IMG/VR virus record: IMGVR_UViG_3300045988_146774
Location: 96,001-160,000 of that record
DNA length: 64,000 nucleotides
Reading direction: 5' to 3' (one strand)
Origin: a virus
Each line of letters starts with the position of its first letter. Positions within the stretch are counted from its first letter, which is position 1. Below the pieces are notes generated by a model. It saw only the letters and a program-made list of their open reading frames with translations, ran no database searches and was not told the origin of the DNA. The position numbers and the translations under genes were made by a program. Below, piece after piece: positions 17,611 to 27,080 of the stretch.

Positions 17611-17911
17611 TTACAATTTCCTCATATCTTTCGCATCTATTTTGTAATACACTAGAATAATCTTCTAATTCTGATATCTTCTCATTTAGAGTGTCCACTT
17701 TTTCTTGCAATGCATCTACTTCATCTTCGGCATCTCGCAGATAACCGTCAGATTTTTCAAGTTCTTTCTCTAACTCATAATATTCCTCGTCTGTATGAAC
17801 CGGAAGTAATTCTACAATCTTAGCAGCAAGTTCTTTATTATATTCTCCGATAAGGTTCAGGCATTTGTCTAATGTTGAAACTGATTCCCAATTATTGTTT
17901 ATGTAAATCAA
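17597..17911 (-). CDS. coiled-coil protein
   Basis: E/L-rich heptad-like C-terminal half. Confidence 0.5.
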   Translation of the reverse strand: MIYINNNWESVSTLDKCLNLIGEYNKELAAKIVELLPVHTDEEYYELEKELEKSDGYLRDAEDEVDALQEKVDTLNEKISELEDYSSVLQNRCERYEEIVNGSS

Positions 17912-18114
17912 TTAATCACCTCTGGTTCTTTCTCAATTTCTCTGCAAAATTCTAAGTAGTCATCCACCGCATCGTGAAATTTTTCTTCAATTTTTAAACA
18001 ATCATCTGTATGAAAATTTACAAAATCACGTATTCCTTCAATTTTACCGTAGAAAATATTATCTTCTCGATCGAATTCTATCTTTGTCCTATATCCTTTA
18101 TATTCTAAAATCAT
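17908..18114 (-). CDS. HicB-like antitoxin-domain protein (orphan)
   Basis: From the ATG at 18114 (GGAGAAAAATA upstream): MILEYKGYRTKIEFDREDNIFYGKIEGIRDFVNFHTDD...DDYLEFC matches the HicB N-terminal domain pattern. No HicA seen nearby. Confidence 0.5.
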   Translation of the reverse strand: MILEYKGYRTKIEFDREDNIFYGKIEGIRDFVNFHTDDCLKIEEKFHDAVDDYLEFCREIEKEPEVIN

Positions 18115-18144
18115 TATTTTTCTCCAATGAAAGCGCAGTTTCAT

Positions 18145-18366
18145 CTACTCAAAATAGCCACCAAGATACGTTTCGTTGCGCTCATTTAGACTTATTTCAT
18201 TCACTTCAAAATAGTAATCGTATTCCTTTTGCAATTCTTTTAGTGCATCGTATACATGTTCTTCATCAAATACTCCAAACATACTAATCTGAGAACCCCA
18301 TGAATCGTTGTATGTATCTGCACTTATGACATATAATTTCATTCTTCTATTAATCCTTTCTTCCAT
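18145..18366 (-). CDS. hypothetical protein
   Basis: 73-aa co-oriented ORF. Confidence 0.45.
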   Translation of the reverse strand: MEERINRRMKLYVISADTYNDSWGSQISMFGVFDEEHVYDALKELQKEYDYYFEVNEISLNERNETYLGGYFE

Positions 18367-18535
18367 TTAATTTCCTACCACACCACGGGCAGTATTTGAT
18401 ATATTCTCTCTGATGTATAAATTCATCATCATACTCATCCCATTCTGAAGTTTCGATGTCTAAGTAATATTGGTTGTCCAAGGGATCAATGAAAATGCAG
18501 CATTCAGGAGAATTTTCTTCACAGTAATTACACAT
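18350..18535 (-). CDS. zinc-ribbon protein
   Basis: CNYCEE...CPWCGRK. Confidence 0.5.
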   Translation of the reverse strand: MCNYCEENSPECCIFIDPLDNQYYLDIETSEWDEYDDEFIHQREYIKYCPWCGRKLNGRKD

Positions 18536-18544
18536 ATGTATTCT

Positions 18545-18898
18545 CTACTCCTTCTCGCTTACAAGCTTAATCTTATATCCAAGTTTTCTTTCAATTTCTG
18601 AAATAGTCATCTCATGTTCTTTCTTACATATATTTTCATATGTAATCTTGTCATCTACGCATCTCAAATCTCCAAATCCAAGATCTACGAAAGTTCCGTA
18701 AGTTCCATAACCACACATTTCTCTAGATATTTTGATTGCATCCATATTGAACGGTAATTCAAGTTTTGCCTTACATCTATCAACAGAACTTTCTGTTTCG
18801 ATAATCACGGATAAGTTAATATAATATTTATTATCTTCTTCTACAAATTCTATATTTTCTATTTCTTTGATATTTCTATTTAATATTGAAATCTGCAA
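18545..18898 (-). CDS. hypothetical protein
   Basis: 117-aa co-oriented ORF. Confidence 0.55.
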   Translation of the reverse strand: MQISILNRNIKEIENIEFVEEDNKYYINLSVIIETESSVDRCKAKLELPFNMDAIKISREMCGYGTYGTFVDLGFGDLRCVDDKITYENICKKEHEMTISEIERKLGYKIKLVSEKE

Positions 18899-18925
18899 AA
18901 TTCTCGCCTCCTTTGGAAGAATGAT

Positions 18926-19363
18926 TTACTCATTACATGCATATGTATCTCTTACAGACACTTCCTTAATGAATCTTATAATGTCATCTATTGTTTCTTC
19001 GTCCAATAATTTACCGCTTATTGCTTTACTTCCTCCGTATTTGAACATTTTATTTTTGACATAAGAATATTCCATAAGCAATTCTTTTAACCTATCGATG
19101 CTGTTGGTGAATTCGATTTTAATAGATTCTTTTGCATATTGTTTTACTAATTTTTCTACATCTTCTTTAGAAAAATCTACTTTTACGGTTGCGATACATT
19201 GAGGTTCCGCTGTTGGTTGATCTTTAATGCGTTCAATTGCTAATAAAATTCCTTCCAAAATTTCTGGGTTGCGAACTTCTACAATGTTCATTTTCAATTC
19301 TGTCATAAGCTTGTCAGCATCAATCAATCTCATATTATCTATTATCCCTTCATTTTTACACAT
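18926..19363 (-). CDS. hypothetical protein
   Basis: 145-aa co-oriented ORF. Confidence 0.55.
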   Translation of the reverse strand: MCKNEGIIDNMRLIDADKLMTELKMNIVEVRNPEILEGILLAIERIKDQPTAEPQCIATVKVDFSKEDVEKLVKQYAKESIKIEFTNSIDRLKELLMEYSYVKNKMFKYGGSKAISGKLLDEETIDDIIRFIKEVSVRDTYACNE

Positions 19364-19393
19364 CGTTTATTATAGATATTCTCTATTCCTTGA

Positions 19394-20206
19394 TTATTTC
19401 ATTACGTTTTTTAACAACGTGACTCTTGTAAGCAATCCCACTCCTCCAGGCACAGGTGTTACATAACAACAATTACCAAAATAATCTTCAACATCTTTTT
19501 GATCAATATCTCCACATAACTTTCCGTTTTCATCTCTGTTTATACCAACATCTATAATAATAGTGTCGATGCCGAAACAAAATGAATCAAACTTCTTAGG
19601 CTTGCCAATTGCAGAAATAACGATGTCTGACATTTTCATGAAATTCTCCATGTGATATTTTTGTGTCTTACTATTACAACTAATAACTGTTGCACCTTTA
19701 TCAATAAGCATATCTACAAGTGGTTTTCCTACTATCTCGCTTCTTCCTAATACAGTTACTAATTTACCTCTTAGATCAATGTTATTAACTTCAAGCCAGT
19801 CAATAATTCCCTGTGGCGTACATGGATTATAAAGTGAATCTTTTCTAAATCCATCAACATCTTTTTCTGGACTAATAAACTGTTGTAATATTTTTATGTT
19901 GTATTTATCCGGAATAGGAAGTTGAATAATGATTCCATCAACTTCTTTAGAATTGTCTAGACCTTTAATAATTTGACATAAATCTGATTCATCAAGATTT
20001 TCATAATCTGTAATATGAATATGATTAAACTTTATACCAACATATTCACAATCTTTTCTTTTACCTTTTATATAAGAGTTACTTGCTTTATTGTCTCCAA
20101 TCTGAATTACTGTAAGGCAACGCTGTCTTAGTGAGTTTTTGCATAACTCTTTTAGTTCTTCTTTTAGACTGGCTGCATATTCTTTACATGAAATAAATTC
20201 TGTCAT
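19394..20206 (-). CDS. folD: bifunctional 5,10-methylene-tetrahydrofolate dehydrogenase/cyclohydrolase
   Basis: SNSYIKGKRK, GRSEIVGKPL and the signature VTPVPGGVGLLT. 270 aa. Confidence 0.85.
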   Translation of the reverse strand: MTEFISCKEYAASLKEELKELCKNSLRQRCLTVIQIGDNKASNSYIKGKRKDCEYVGIKFNHIHITDYENLDESDLCQIIKGLDNSKEVDGIIIQLPIPDKYNIKILQQFISPEKDVDGFRKDSLYNPCTPQGIIDWLEVNNIDLRGKLVTVLGRSEIVGKPLVDMLIDKGATVISCNSKTQKYHMENFMKMSDIVISAIGKPKKFDSFCFGIDTIIIDVGINRDENGKLCGDIDQKDVEDYFGNCCYVTPVPGGVGLLTRVTLLKNVMK

Positions 20207-20209
20207 TTT

Positions 20210-20368
20210 TTATTCTCCATCGTCGATAAACTCAGTTCGTGAATATCCATTCCAATAATGCTCGTTTCCACAATACTGTTGACACACTATATCGGAATCA
20301 CATACATGGTCACATCTATTACAATTTGGTTCTTCGTCATCGACTGTGTATATTTTTACGTTACTCAT
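20210..20368 (-). CDS. small Cys-rich protein (52 aa, below the track cutoff)
   Basis: ATGA start/stop overlap with the upstream gene. CNRCDHVCDSDIVCQQYC. Its stop overlaps the folD SD. Confidence 0.45.
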   Translation of the reverse strand: MSNVKIYTVDDEEPNCNRCDHVCDSDIVCQQYCGNEHYWNGYSRTEFIDDGE

Positions 20369-20811
20369 TGTTTTTTATTCCCCTTGTAGTGTTGTGGCAA
20401 TGGCATCCAAGCCTTACACTCTCCAAAAATTCTACCCCATCTCCAGATATGTTTATCTCCATAATCTTGTATTCTTTGGACTTTTGTAACTTTTCCAGTT
20501 GCTGTCGTTACTAATACATTCAGAATTTTATTGCCTTTATAATTAAAATCTTCGGGCATTTGACCATCTTTGCAAACGATCCACGGATTATCTTCATCAT
20601 TTTCACACACAATCAGTTCAAAATACTTTTTCTTATAGTCAAGTACAATACCTAAATCATAAGAACTATAACCAATGTGATAAAAATTCTCTCCTACTTC
20701 CTTATATTTAATTTCATAATACGGCTTGTCCCCATGTATGGTTACGATAATGTCAAGACTCGTTACTTTGATTTTATTTATTTTTTCTTCTTTCTCTGAA
20801 CTCTTATCCAT
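20365..20811 (-). CDS. hypothetical protein
   Basis: 148-aa co-oriented ORF. Confidence 0.55.
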   Translation of the reverse strand: MDKSSEKEEKINKIKVTSLDIIVTIHGDKPYYEIKYKEVGENFYHIGYSSYDLGIVLDYKKKYFELIVCENDEDNPWIVCKDGQMPEDFNYKGNKILNVLVTTATGKVTKVQRIQDYGDKHIWRWGRIFGECKAWMPLPQHYKGNKKQ

Positions 20812-20848
20812 TTTTTATCACCTCGCTTGAAATCGACCTTTCTTTATA

Positions 20849-23173
20849 TTATTCTCTGTCTAATAATTCAACTAAGAAAGTATTTTTATTTATAACTCCG
20901 CTTGTTTTTGTTGCGTTGTATAAAGCTGTGTTTTGAGCAACTGTAATACATTCTTTTTCAGCTCTTGTCCACAATGTATAAAGAAGTTCTTTTGTTCTCA
21001 TCATAGGTGGCGTAGTATTATCGAAAGCACCTATAATAATTCGAGCAGAAGATCCTTGGTATTTATGAACGGTAGAAGCATAACCCAATATGACACCATT
21101 AATTAAATCACTGGTGCTAAAAGTCATCGTGTCATGAATCATAGGGATATAAACTTTATGAAAACCATAATCGGTTATTTCTGTTAATATTCCACACCAA
21201 CCATTGAACACTCCAGTCTTGTGTTCGCCCACTACTTTATAATTATTCTTTATACACATTACTTTGTCTCCTTCACGTAATGTATAATTTTTATCTTTAG
21301 ACTGTTTTACAACAATTTCTTTTTTATCTGGACTAGGTGGATTTATATAATTCTGAACGTCAAGATTTAAGTTAAATACGCTAGAATCTCCACGATCTTT
21401 GCATGGACATAAAATTTGTATATCCATAATATTTTTAACTATTTCACTGTCGTATTTTTCTTTAAACCATTTCATAACTTTAGAACGTGTATTTTCTGTT
21501 GTGTCAGAGATATCATAATACATGTCCTGTAATTCACCATGAACTACTTCACCTACGAAATTTTTATCTAATACAGGAATTTGATTTCGAAGCTTTAGCG
21601 AATCAGTAATAATTCCTGATTTTTGTGCCTGTCTATGTACTTTAGTCAATTCTATTGTTGTAATAAAGTTGCTATTATACAAATCAAAAGCAAGATTCAT
21701 ACATCCAATCGAAGGGAGCTGCCCCATATCTCCAAGGATAATCAATTTAGTACCATTTGGAATAGCTTTAAGCAGAGAAAGAAAAATTTCTCCACCTACC
21801 AATGAAATTTCATCAAGAATAATAATGTCATATGTTAATGGGTCATTTTCATTAAAAGCAAAACCATATGGAGGCTTGAATCCAAGAAGTCTATGAATCG
21901 TATATCCTTCTTCTCCTGTTACTTCTTGTAATCTTGCCGAAGCTTTACCTGCCAAAGCAGTTTGTGCAAATGTGTAATTTTTTAATGATTCAAGAATGCC
22001 TGATACCAAAGAACTTTTGCCTGTTCCAGCACCACCTGTAATGAAGCATACTTGCTTATCTAAACCTAATTTGATACCGGCTCTTTGTTCTTCAGTAAAC
22101 GTCCAGCCTTGCTTTATTTCTTGTTGTTTTAAAATTTCTTCCCAATCATCATACTTAAATTTATTTTCTGCTTTCGCAATTCGTTTAAGGTGCTTCGCAA
22201 TTTCTTCTTCTAATCGATAATATTTTGTTAAATACACTCTACGTTGAGATTTAGATTCATTTTCTTCAATTTGAATAATTCCATTATCCTTTAAGCCTTT
22301 AATTGCCTCATTAATATTATTCCCTATAATGTTGTCATTTTCATCTTTATAAACTTCAAGTATATTTTCTTTTCCACCAAACTCTTCAAAAATAAACGAT
22401 GTTAATTCTCCAGAAGTAATGAATGAATTACCTTCTTGAGCTTGTTCATTAAGGATATAGTTGATATAACCTTTAATTCTATCCGGGTCAGTTCTTTTTA
22501 TCCCACCTTTTAGAGCGATATCATCTGCTGTTTTAAATCCAATTCCCTCTACATCAAAACTTAGTTGGTACGGATTATTTTTAACAATTTCAATTACTTT
22601 TTGAGGATTGCTGTACTTTTTCACTAATTTTTGAATAAATTTAGGTGTTAATCCATATTTATCTAATTCAATATACATTTCACAATTATCACGATTTTCT
22701 TCAAAGCGTTCAATTATACAATTAGCAATATAATCTCCGACACCATGTACTTTCTTTAAAGATTCAATATCATGCTCTTTTATTACTTCTAAAGGATTGT
22801 CTAAAACTTTATACATTTCTTTTATCTGTATATCAGAAAGGAACGTCTTTAAAAAAGCTTTTTGATTCTTTACTTTAGATAAATCTAAATTCTTTGCAAA
22901 ATATAATAATTCATATTGCAAGCCACGATCCTGACTGTGAACTTCTTTAGCAATGATAATGTAATCATCAGCATATTCTATCTTTTCTTCATAGTTTCCT
23001 TTGACTACTATAGTTCCCCATGAATCAATATGAGGTTCACCTTCAATAACATCTATAGGATTCCAACTTACAATACCAAAATTGTTTCCACCCTCCCCAA
23101 GTACATCTGGATACTTAGGGAATAAGATACGATTCATTCTTGCTTGTATCTTAATGATATTAGAGTCCGTCAT
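20849..23173 (-). CDS. RecD-like SF1 DNA helicase (HhH plus AAA_30 plus UvrD_C)
   Basis: Walker A ITGGAGTGKS, DEISL (Walker B), STVHKYQGSSA. The ATG at 23173 is preceded by AAAGGA and overlaps the polymerase stop. Confidence 0.85.
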   Translation of the reverse strand: MTDSNIIKIQARMNRILFPKYPDVLGEGGNNFGIVSWNPIDVIEGEPHIDSWGTIVVKGNYEEKIEYADDYIIIAKEVHSQDRGLQYELLYFAKNLDLSKVKNQKAFLKTFLSDIQIKEMYKVLDNPLEVIKEHDIESLKKVHGVGDYIANCIIERFEENRDNCEMYIELDKYGLTPKFIQKLVKKYSNPQKVIEIVKNNPYQLSFDVEGIGFKTADDIALKGGIKRTDPDRIKGYINYILNEQAQEGNSFITSGELTSFIFEEFGGKENILEVYKDENDNIIGNNINEAIKGLKDNGIIQIEENESKSQRRVYLTKYYRLEEEIAKHLKRIAKAENKFKYDDWEEILKQQEIKQGWTFTEEQRAGIKLGLDKQVCFITGGAGTGKSSLVSGILESLKNYTFAQTALAGKASARLQEVTGEEGYTIHRLLGFKPPYGFAFNENDPLTYDIIILDEISLVGGEIFLSLLKAIPNGTKLIILGDMGQLPSIGCMNLAFDLYNSNFITTIELTKVHRQAQKSGIITDSLKLRNQIPVLDKNFVGEVVHGELQDMYYDISDTTENTRSKVMKWFKEKYDSEIVKNIMDIQILCPCKDRGDSSVFNLNLDVQNYINPPSPDKKEIVVKQSKDKNYTLREGDKVMCIKNNYKVVGEHKTGVFNGWCGILTEITDYGFHKVYIPMIHDTMTFSTSDLINGVILGYASTVHKYQGSSARIIIGAFDNTTPPMMRTKELLYTLWTRAEKECITVAQNTALYNATKTSGVINKNTFLVELLDRE

Positions 23174-26100
23174 TTTCACCAATCCTTTCTGATTGAAGCT
23201 TTAATTCACCTTTTTCATTAATATCTGTAATTAACTGCAATGTATGTCTATAAGCAGAATCTGCATATTTCTTTGGAACGAATTGTTCTTCACGCCTATA
23301 ACCGGTTACAAGAAGCTTGTTCCCTCTACCAAACCATGATTTTTCGAGAACCGTTTTTGTTCCATCTTCATTTAATTCAGATATTTGTTTGTCATAAAAA
23401 CTAAATTGACCTTTGTAGAATTTAATTGTCACAACTCCTGAAGGAGTAAGTAGTGTAACCATATGTTTATTTTTATCTTTGTCTAACACTGTTCCGCAAA
23501 TTCTTGTAAGCTTAAAGCGTGGTTTCTCCTGTCCACGATATACATAATATTCAGAAATTTGCGGTTCTTCAGGCAAAGTTGAGAAATCAGATATTAGATA
23601 TTCTTCTTTATTAACATGAGCTAATTCGTGTTCATGATAATAATAACTAAGTGAGTCCATTTCCCATTTGGAAATATTACCTTCGACCTTTTCATTCCAC
23701 TTTGTTACAAAACGATTTTCATTAACTGCTTGTAGCATTTCAGGTTTCTTTAATATATTCTCTTCAAATGATTTCATTAATTTCTTAAATTCACGATCGA
23801 TACTTCCTCTTTTTACTAGAATTCTTCCATCATCAGAATATTTGTAGTCCTTGTCTTCTTGCATGTTGGTTTCAAAATGCTCAAAGAAAAATGGTTCTGC
23901 AAATTGTTGATCAAGTTGATAAAAATAAGTATTTTGTGATTTTCCAGCTTTTTCTTTTAAGAATTTACTTTGAAGGATATATTTCCTAAATTTTACTAAT
24001 CGTAATTCATACTGCTCTTGTTCTTTCGTTAATAAACCCAGTTCATGCAGAACAAAAATTGAGTCAATCTGCAAAGTTTTTAATGGTTTTGATATTTGAC
24101 GAATATAATCCTTCATAATATCTTCTCTTTTTTTATTCTCTAAATGATCAAAAGCACCTGCTTTGATAAGTGTAATTACCGCACTTTCTCCGAATTTATT
24201 CTCTTTCGCAAGTGTTTTATATTTTTCTATTTTTTCAAGGAAATTATTTAGACTTGTATATGGACGATTAGATATAATTGCTTGAGCTTCTGTATCACCA
24301 ATTCCAGAAATTCCTTTTAGACCAAAAAGAATTATATTGTCACGTTCTTCCGGTTTAAAACCAAAACCTGATTCATTAATATCCGGCACTTCAACTGTTG
24401 TTCCTGTATTTTGGAATTTTCCAATCGCTGTTGCAATTTTTCCATAATTCGTAGTTTTTTTGTTGCCTTCTAAGCTACCAGAATCTACAATTAAATTAGC
24501 TGTGTTCCAATATATAATTGGATAACGATAGCATAAATTTAATTCTTGTAGACCTATTAATGAATATGCGAGTGTATGCGATCGATTAAATCCGTACCCT
24601 CGCTGCGTTCTAATAAGAACATTCCACACATAATTTGTTAAATTCTCGTCCAAATGCTTGTCTTTAGCATTCTGAAAGAATTCTTTTTGCAATTGTTCGA
24701 AATCCTGTGGTTTCTTTTTTGCAACAGCTTTTCGTAATTTATCACCCCAAGCAAGTGAAAATCCTCCAATTTTGGGATGCATAGTAAGAAGAATTAAATA
24801 CTCTTGAGCTTCACAAATTCCGCAAGATACACTTAATATATCTTTTAATATTTCTTGATCTTCTGGCTTTACTCCATGCTCATCCATCTCGTTATACCAT
24901 TCTGTTATATTTTTCTTGAAACGAGCATACTTTTCTAAAGGGGATTCCCCTTCGTCATCAGCCATAAGTCTCATAACCGAATTAATGGTAGCAAGATCAT
25001 CGACTGATTCCGGCTTTGTTAAAGCTACCGCTTGAATACCACTTTGTTTCTCCATCTGAAAAAATGACATAATTTCACGATTCCAAAGCATTTTCCACAT
25101 ATCTTTGTTATCACGTTCAAGATTATAAATGCCTATGCAATGTTCGTAGGTTTCTTTTAAAGTGGGATATTTCTTTATTTTTCCATACTCTACCAAAAGA
25201 TTTAAGCATGTATTAATCTTGTCTAATCCTTCAGTAGCAAGTAAATCTACTTTAATAAGTGATACGTCTTCACATTCGTGTAAGTCATATTGAGTAATAA
25301 TTTCTCCAGAATTCGTTTTCATTAAAGCAGTGGTTTTTGTAAAAGGCTCATCTACAATAATTACTCCACCTGCATGAGATCCACATCCATTAACCACGCC
25401 TTCAATCTTTTGAGCAACTTCCCATAATTCCGGATATTTATTCATTTCGTTACGAAACGTAGTATCTGGAGCATAATCCTTATCACCATAATACATTTGC
25501 GTTAAGGTTCGTAATTGTCCTCTATCCGAAATAATCAAAGACGATAAATAAATTGCAATATCATCATTAATTCCCAACCCTCTTGCAGCGGTTTGAATTG
25601 CACTTTTACTTTTTTCAGTATTTAAGGTAAGCACTTTACTTACTCTATCATGCCCATAAGTATCTTTAATTGCATTAATTACTTCATCTCGTTTACTACT
25701 GCATACATCGACATCAATATCAAGAACTGATGCTCTTTCCGGATTAAGGAACCTCCAACTATATGTTTTAGTTTTTTCTCGCAGAGGATTAATTTGTGTG
25801 ATTCCAAGCATATACAGAAGAATGAATCCAACACCTGAGCCTCGACCAGGGCAGACTAAACTTTTCGTCCATGCTATATCAACATAATCTGCAATTTGTA
25901 AAAGATAAGCTGACCAAGGAACTTTCATTTTTTCTGAACTTGTTTTAATAGAATTAAGACACTCCGTAACTGCATCATATGTTTTTTGATTTTGAAATTG
26001 TTTGTCTTTACTAAAGGCATTTAGAAGTCTTGACACCATATGTCTATCAGATGGTTCTTTTGATTCGCTAAAATATTTTAAGAGAGGAACTTTTTCATAA

Positions 26101-27059
26101 TAATCACTATTATTTGGCGGATCTTCCTTGTACAAAGGAATATAAGGAATATGTAATGGCTTACATAAGTCGTAATACTCAACCATATCATAAATTAACA
26201 TCGTATTGTTAATCCCGGTTTCTACTGCTTCATACCCTAAATACATATCCATATATGAATGAATTTCATCTTCTGACATCATATAAGTTGTTGCGTAAAA
26301 AGAATCTACTTCTCGTTCAACATCCTGCGCCTTCAAAAATGCTGAATGCGCTTTTGCATCTTCTTTTTTTAGATAATGAACATCTGTTGTAATGATGTAA
26401 TTAATACCTGTTTTATCTGATATTTCCTTTATATATTTATTTACAAATACTTGTTCTTCACCATGAGAAGGCTGCATTTCTAAAAAGAAATTTTCTTGAC
26501 CAAATAATCGAACCATTTTCTCAATCCATCTAAAGCACATATCATAATATTTTTCTTCTCCGGTATCTTTATAAAGAAGAAGCATTCTTCCCAAAGTTCC
26601 TCCAATACACGCTGTAGATGCTATCAAATGACCTTTATTTTTACTTACCACTTCAATTAAGTTATTATAATATGTAGGAACTCGCATCATTACATTCATG
26701 AAAGAGTTCTTTGTCCATGCAATATTGGACAAAATACATAGCTGTTCAAAGCCAATTCTATCTTTTGCCAGCAAAATAAAATGAGGAAATATTGAAGGCT
26801 TTTCTCCTTCTGGGACATCCTTACACAAATAAATCTCATTCCCATTAATAACTTTAAAATCTTTCCAATCTTCTTCACTCATTTTGCTAGTAATATATTT
26901 ATTAGCTTTAAGTGAAGAAGAGATTGTTTCATGATTTGTGATTGCAACACCTTTATGTCCTAATTCATGAGCATAGTCAATTAATTCAGTTGTTCTAACC
27001 AAAGCGTCTCTGCCCCTGAAATTACTTCGTTCGTCATGACAATGACATGGAACAAACAT
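23160..27059 (-). CDS. dnaE: DNA polymerase III alpha subunit (DnaE-type, SPbeta YorL-like)
   Basis: N-terminal PHP motif (CHCHDERSN ... ITNHE) in an ORF of about 1300 aa. ATG at 27059 downstream of GGAGG. Confidence 0.85.
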   Translation of the reverse strand: MFVPCHCHDERSNFRGRDALVRTTELIDYAHELGHKGVAITNHETISSSLKANKYITSKMSEEDWKDFKVINGNEIYLCKDVPEGEKPSIFPHFILLAKDRIGFEQLCILSNIAWTKNSFMNVMMRVPTYYNNLIEVVSKNKGHLIASTACIGGTLGRMLLLYKDTGEEKYYDMCFRWIEKMVRLFGQENFFLEMQPSHGEEQVFVNKYIKEISDKTGINYIITTDVHYLKKEDAKAHSAFLKAQDVEREVDSFYATTYMMSEDEIHSYMDMYLGYEAVETGINNTMLIYDMVEYYDLCKPLHIPYIPLYKEDPPNNSDYYEKVPLLKYFSESKEPSDRHMVSRLLNAFSKDKQFQNQKTYDAVTECLNSIKTSSEKMKVPWSAYLLQIADYVDIAWTKSLVCPGRGSGVGFILLYMLGITQINPLREKTKTYSWRFLNPERASVLDIDVDVCSSKRDEVINAIKDTYGHDRVSKVLTLNTEKSKSAIQTAARGLGINDDIAIYLSSLIISDRGQLRTLTQMYYGDKDYAPDTTFRNEMNKYPELWEVAQKIEGVVNGCGSHAGGVIIVDEPFTKTTALMKTNSGEIITQYDLHECEDVSLIKVDLLATEGLDKINTCLNLLVEYGKIKKYPTLKETYEHCIGIYNLERDNKDMWKMLWNREIMSFFQMEKQSGIQAVALTKPESVDDLATINSVMRLMADDEGESPLEKYARFKKNITEWYNEMDEHGVKPEDQEILKDILSVSCGICEAQEYLILLTMHPKIGGFSLAWGDKLRKAVAKKKPQDFEQLQKEFFQNAKDKHLDENLTNYVWNVLIRTQRGYGFNRSHTLAYSLIGLQELNLCYRYPIIYWNTANLIVDSGSLEGNKKTTNYGKIATAIGKFQNTGTTVEVPDINESGFGFKPEERDNIILFGLKGISGIGDTEAQAIISNRPYTSLNNFLEKIEKYKTLAKENKFGESAVITLIKAGAFDHLENKKREDIMKDYIRQISKPLKTLQIDSIFVLHELGLLTKEQEQYELRLVKFRKYILQSKFLKEKAGKSQNTYFYQLDQQFAEPFFFEHFETNMQEDKDYKYSDDGRILVKRGSIDREFKKLMKSFEENILKKPEMLQAVNENRFVTKWNEKVEGNISKWEMDSLSYYYHEHELAHVNKEEYLISDFSTLPEEPQISEYYVYRGQEKPRFKLTRICGTVLDKDKNKHMVTLLTPSGVVTIKFYKGQFSFYDKQISELNEDGTKTVLEKSWFGRGNKLLVTGYRREEQFVPKKYADSAYRHTLQLITDINEKGELKLQSERIGENDGL

Positions 27060-27080
27060 CTTCTCCACACCTCCTAGATT

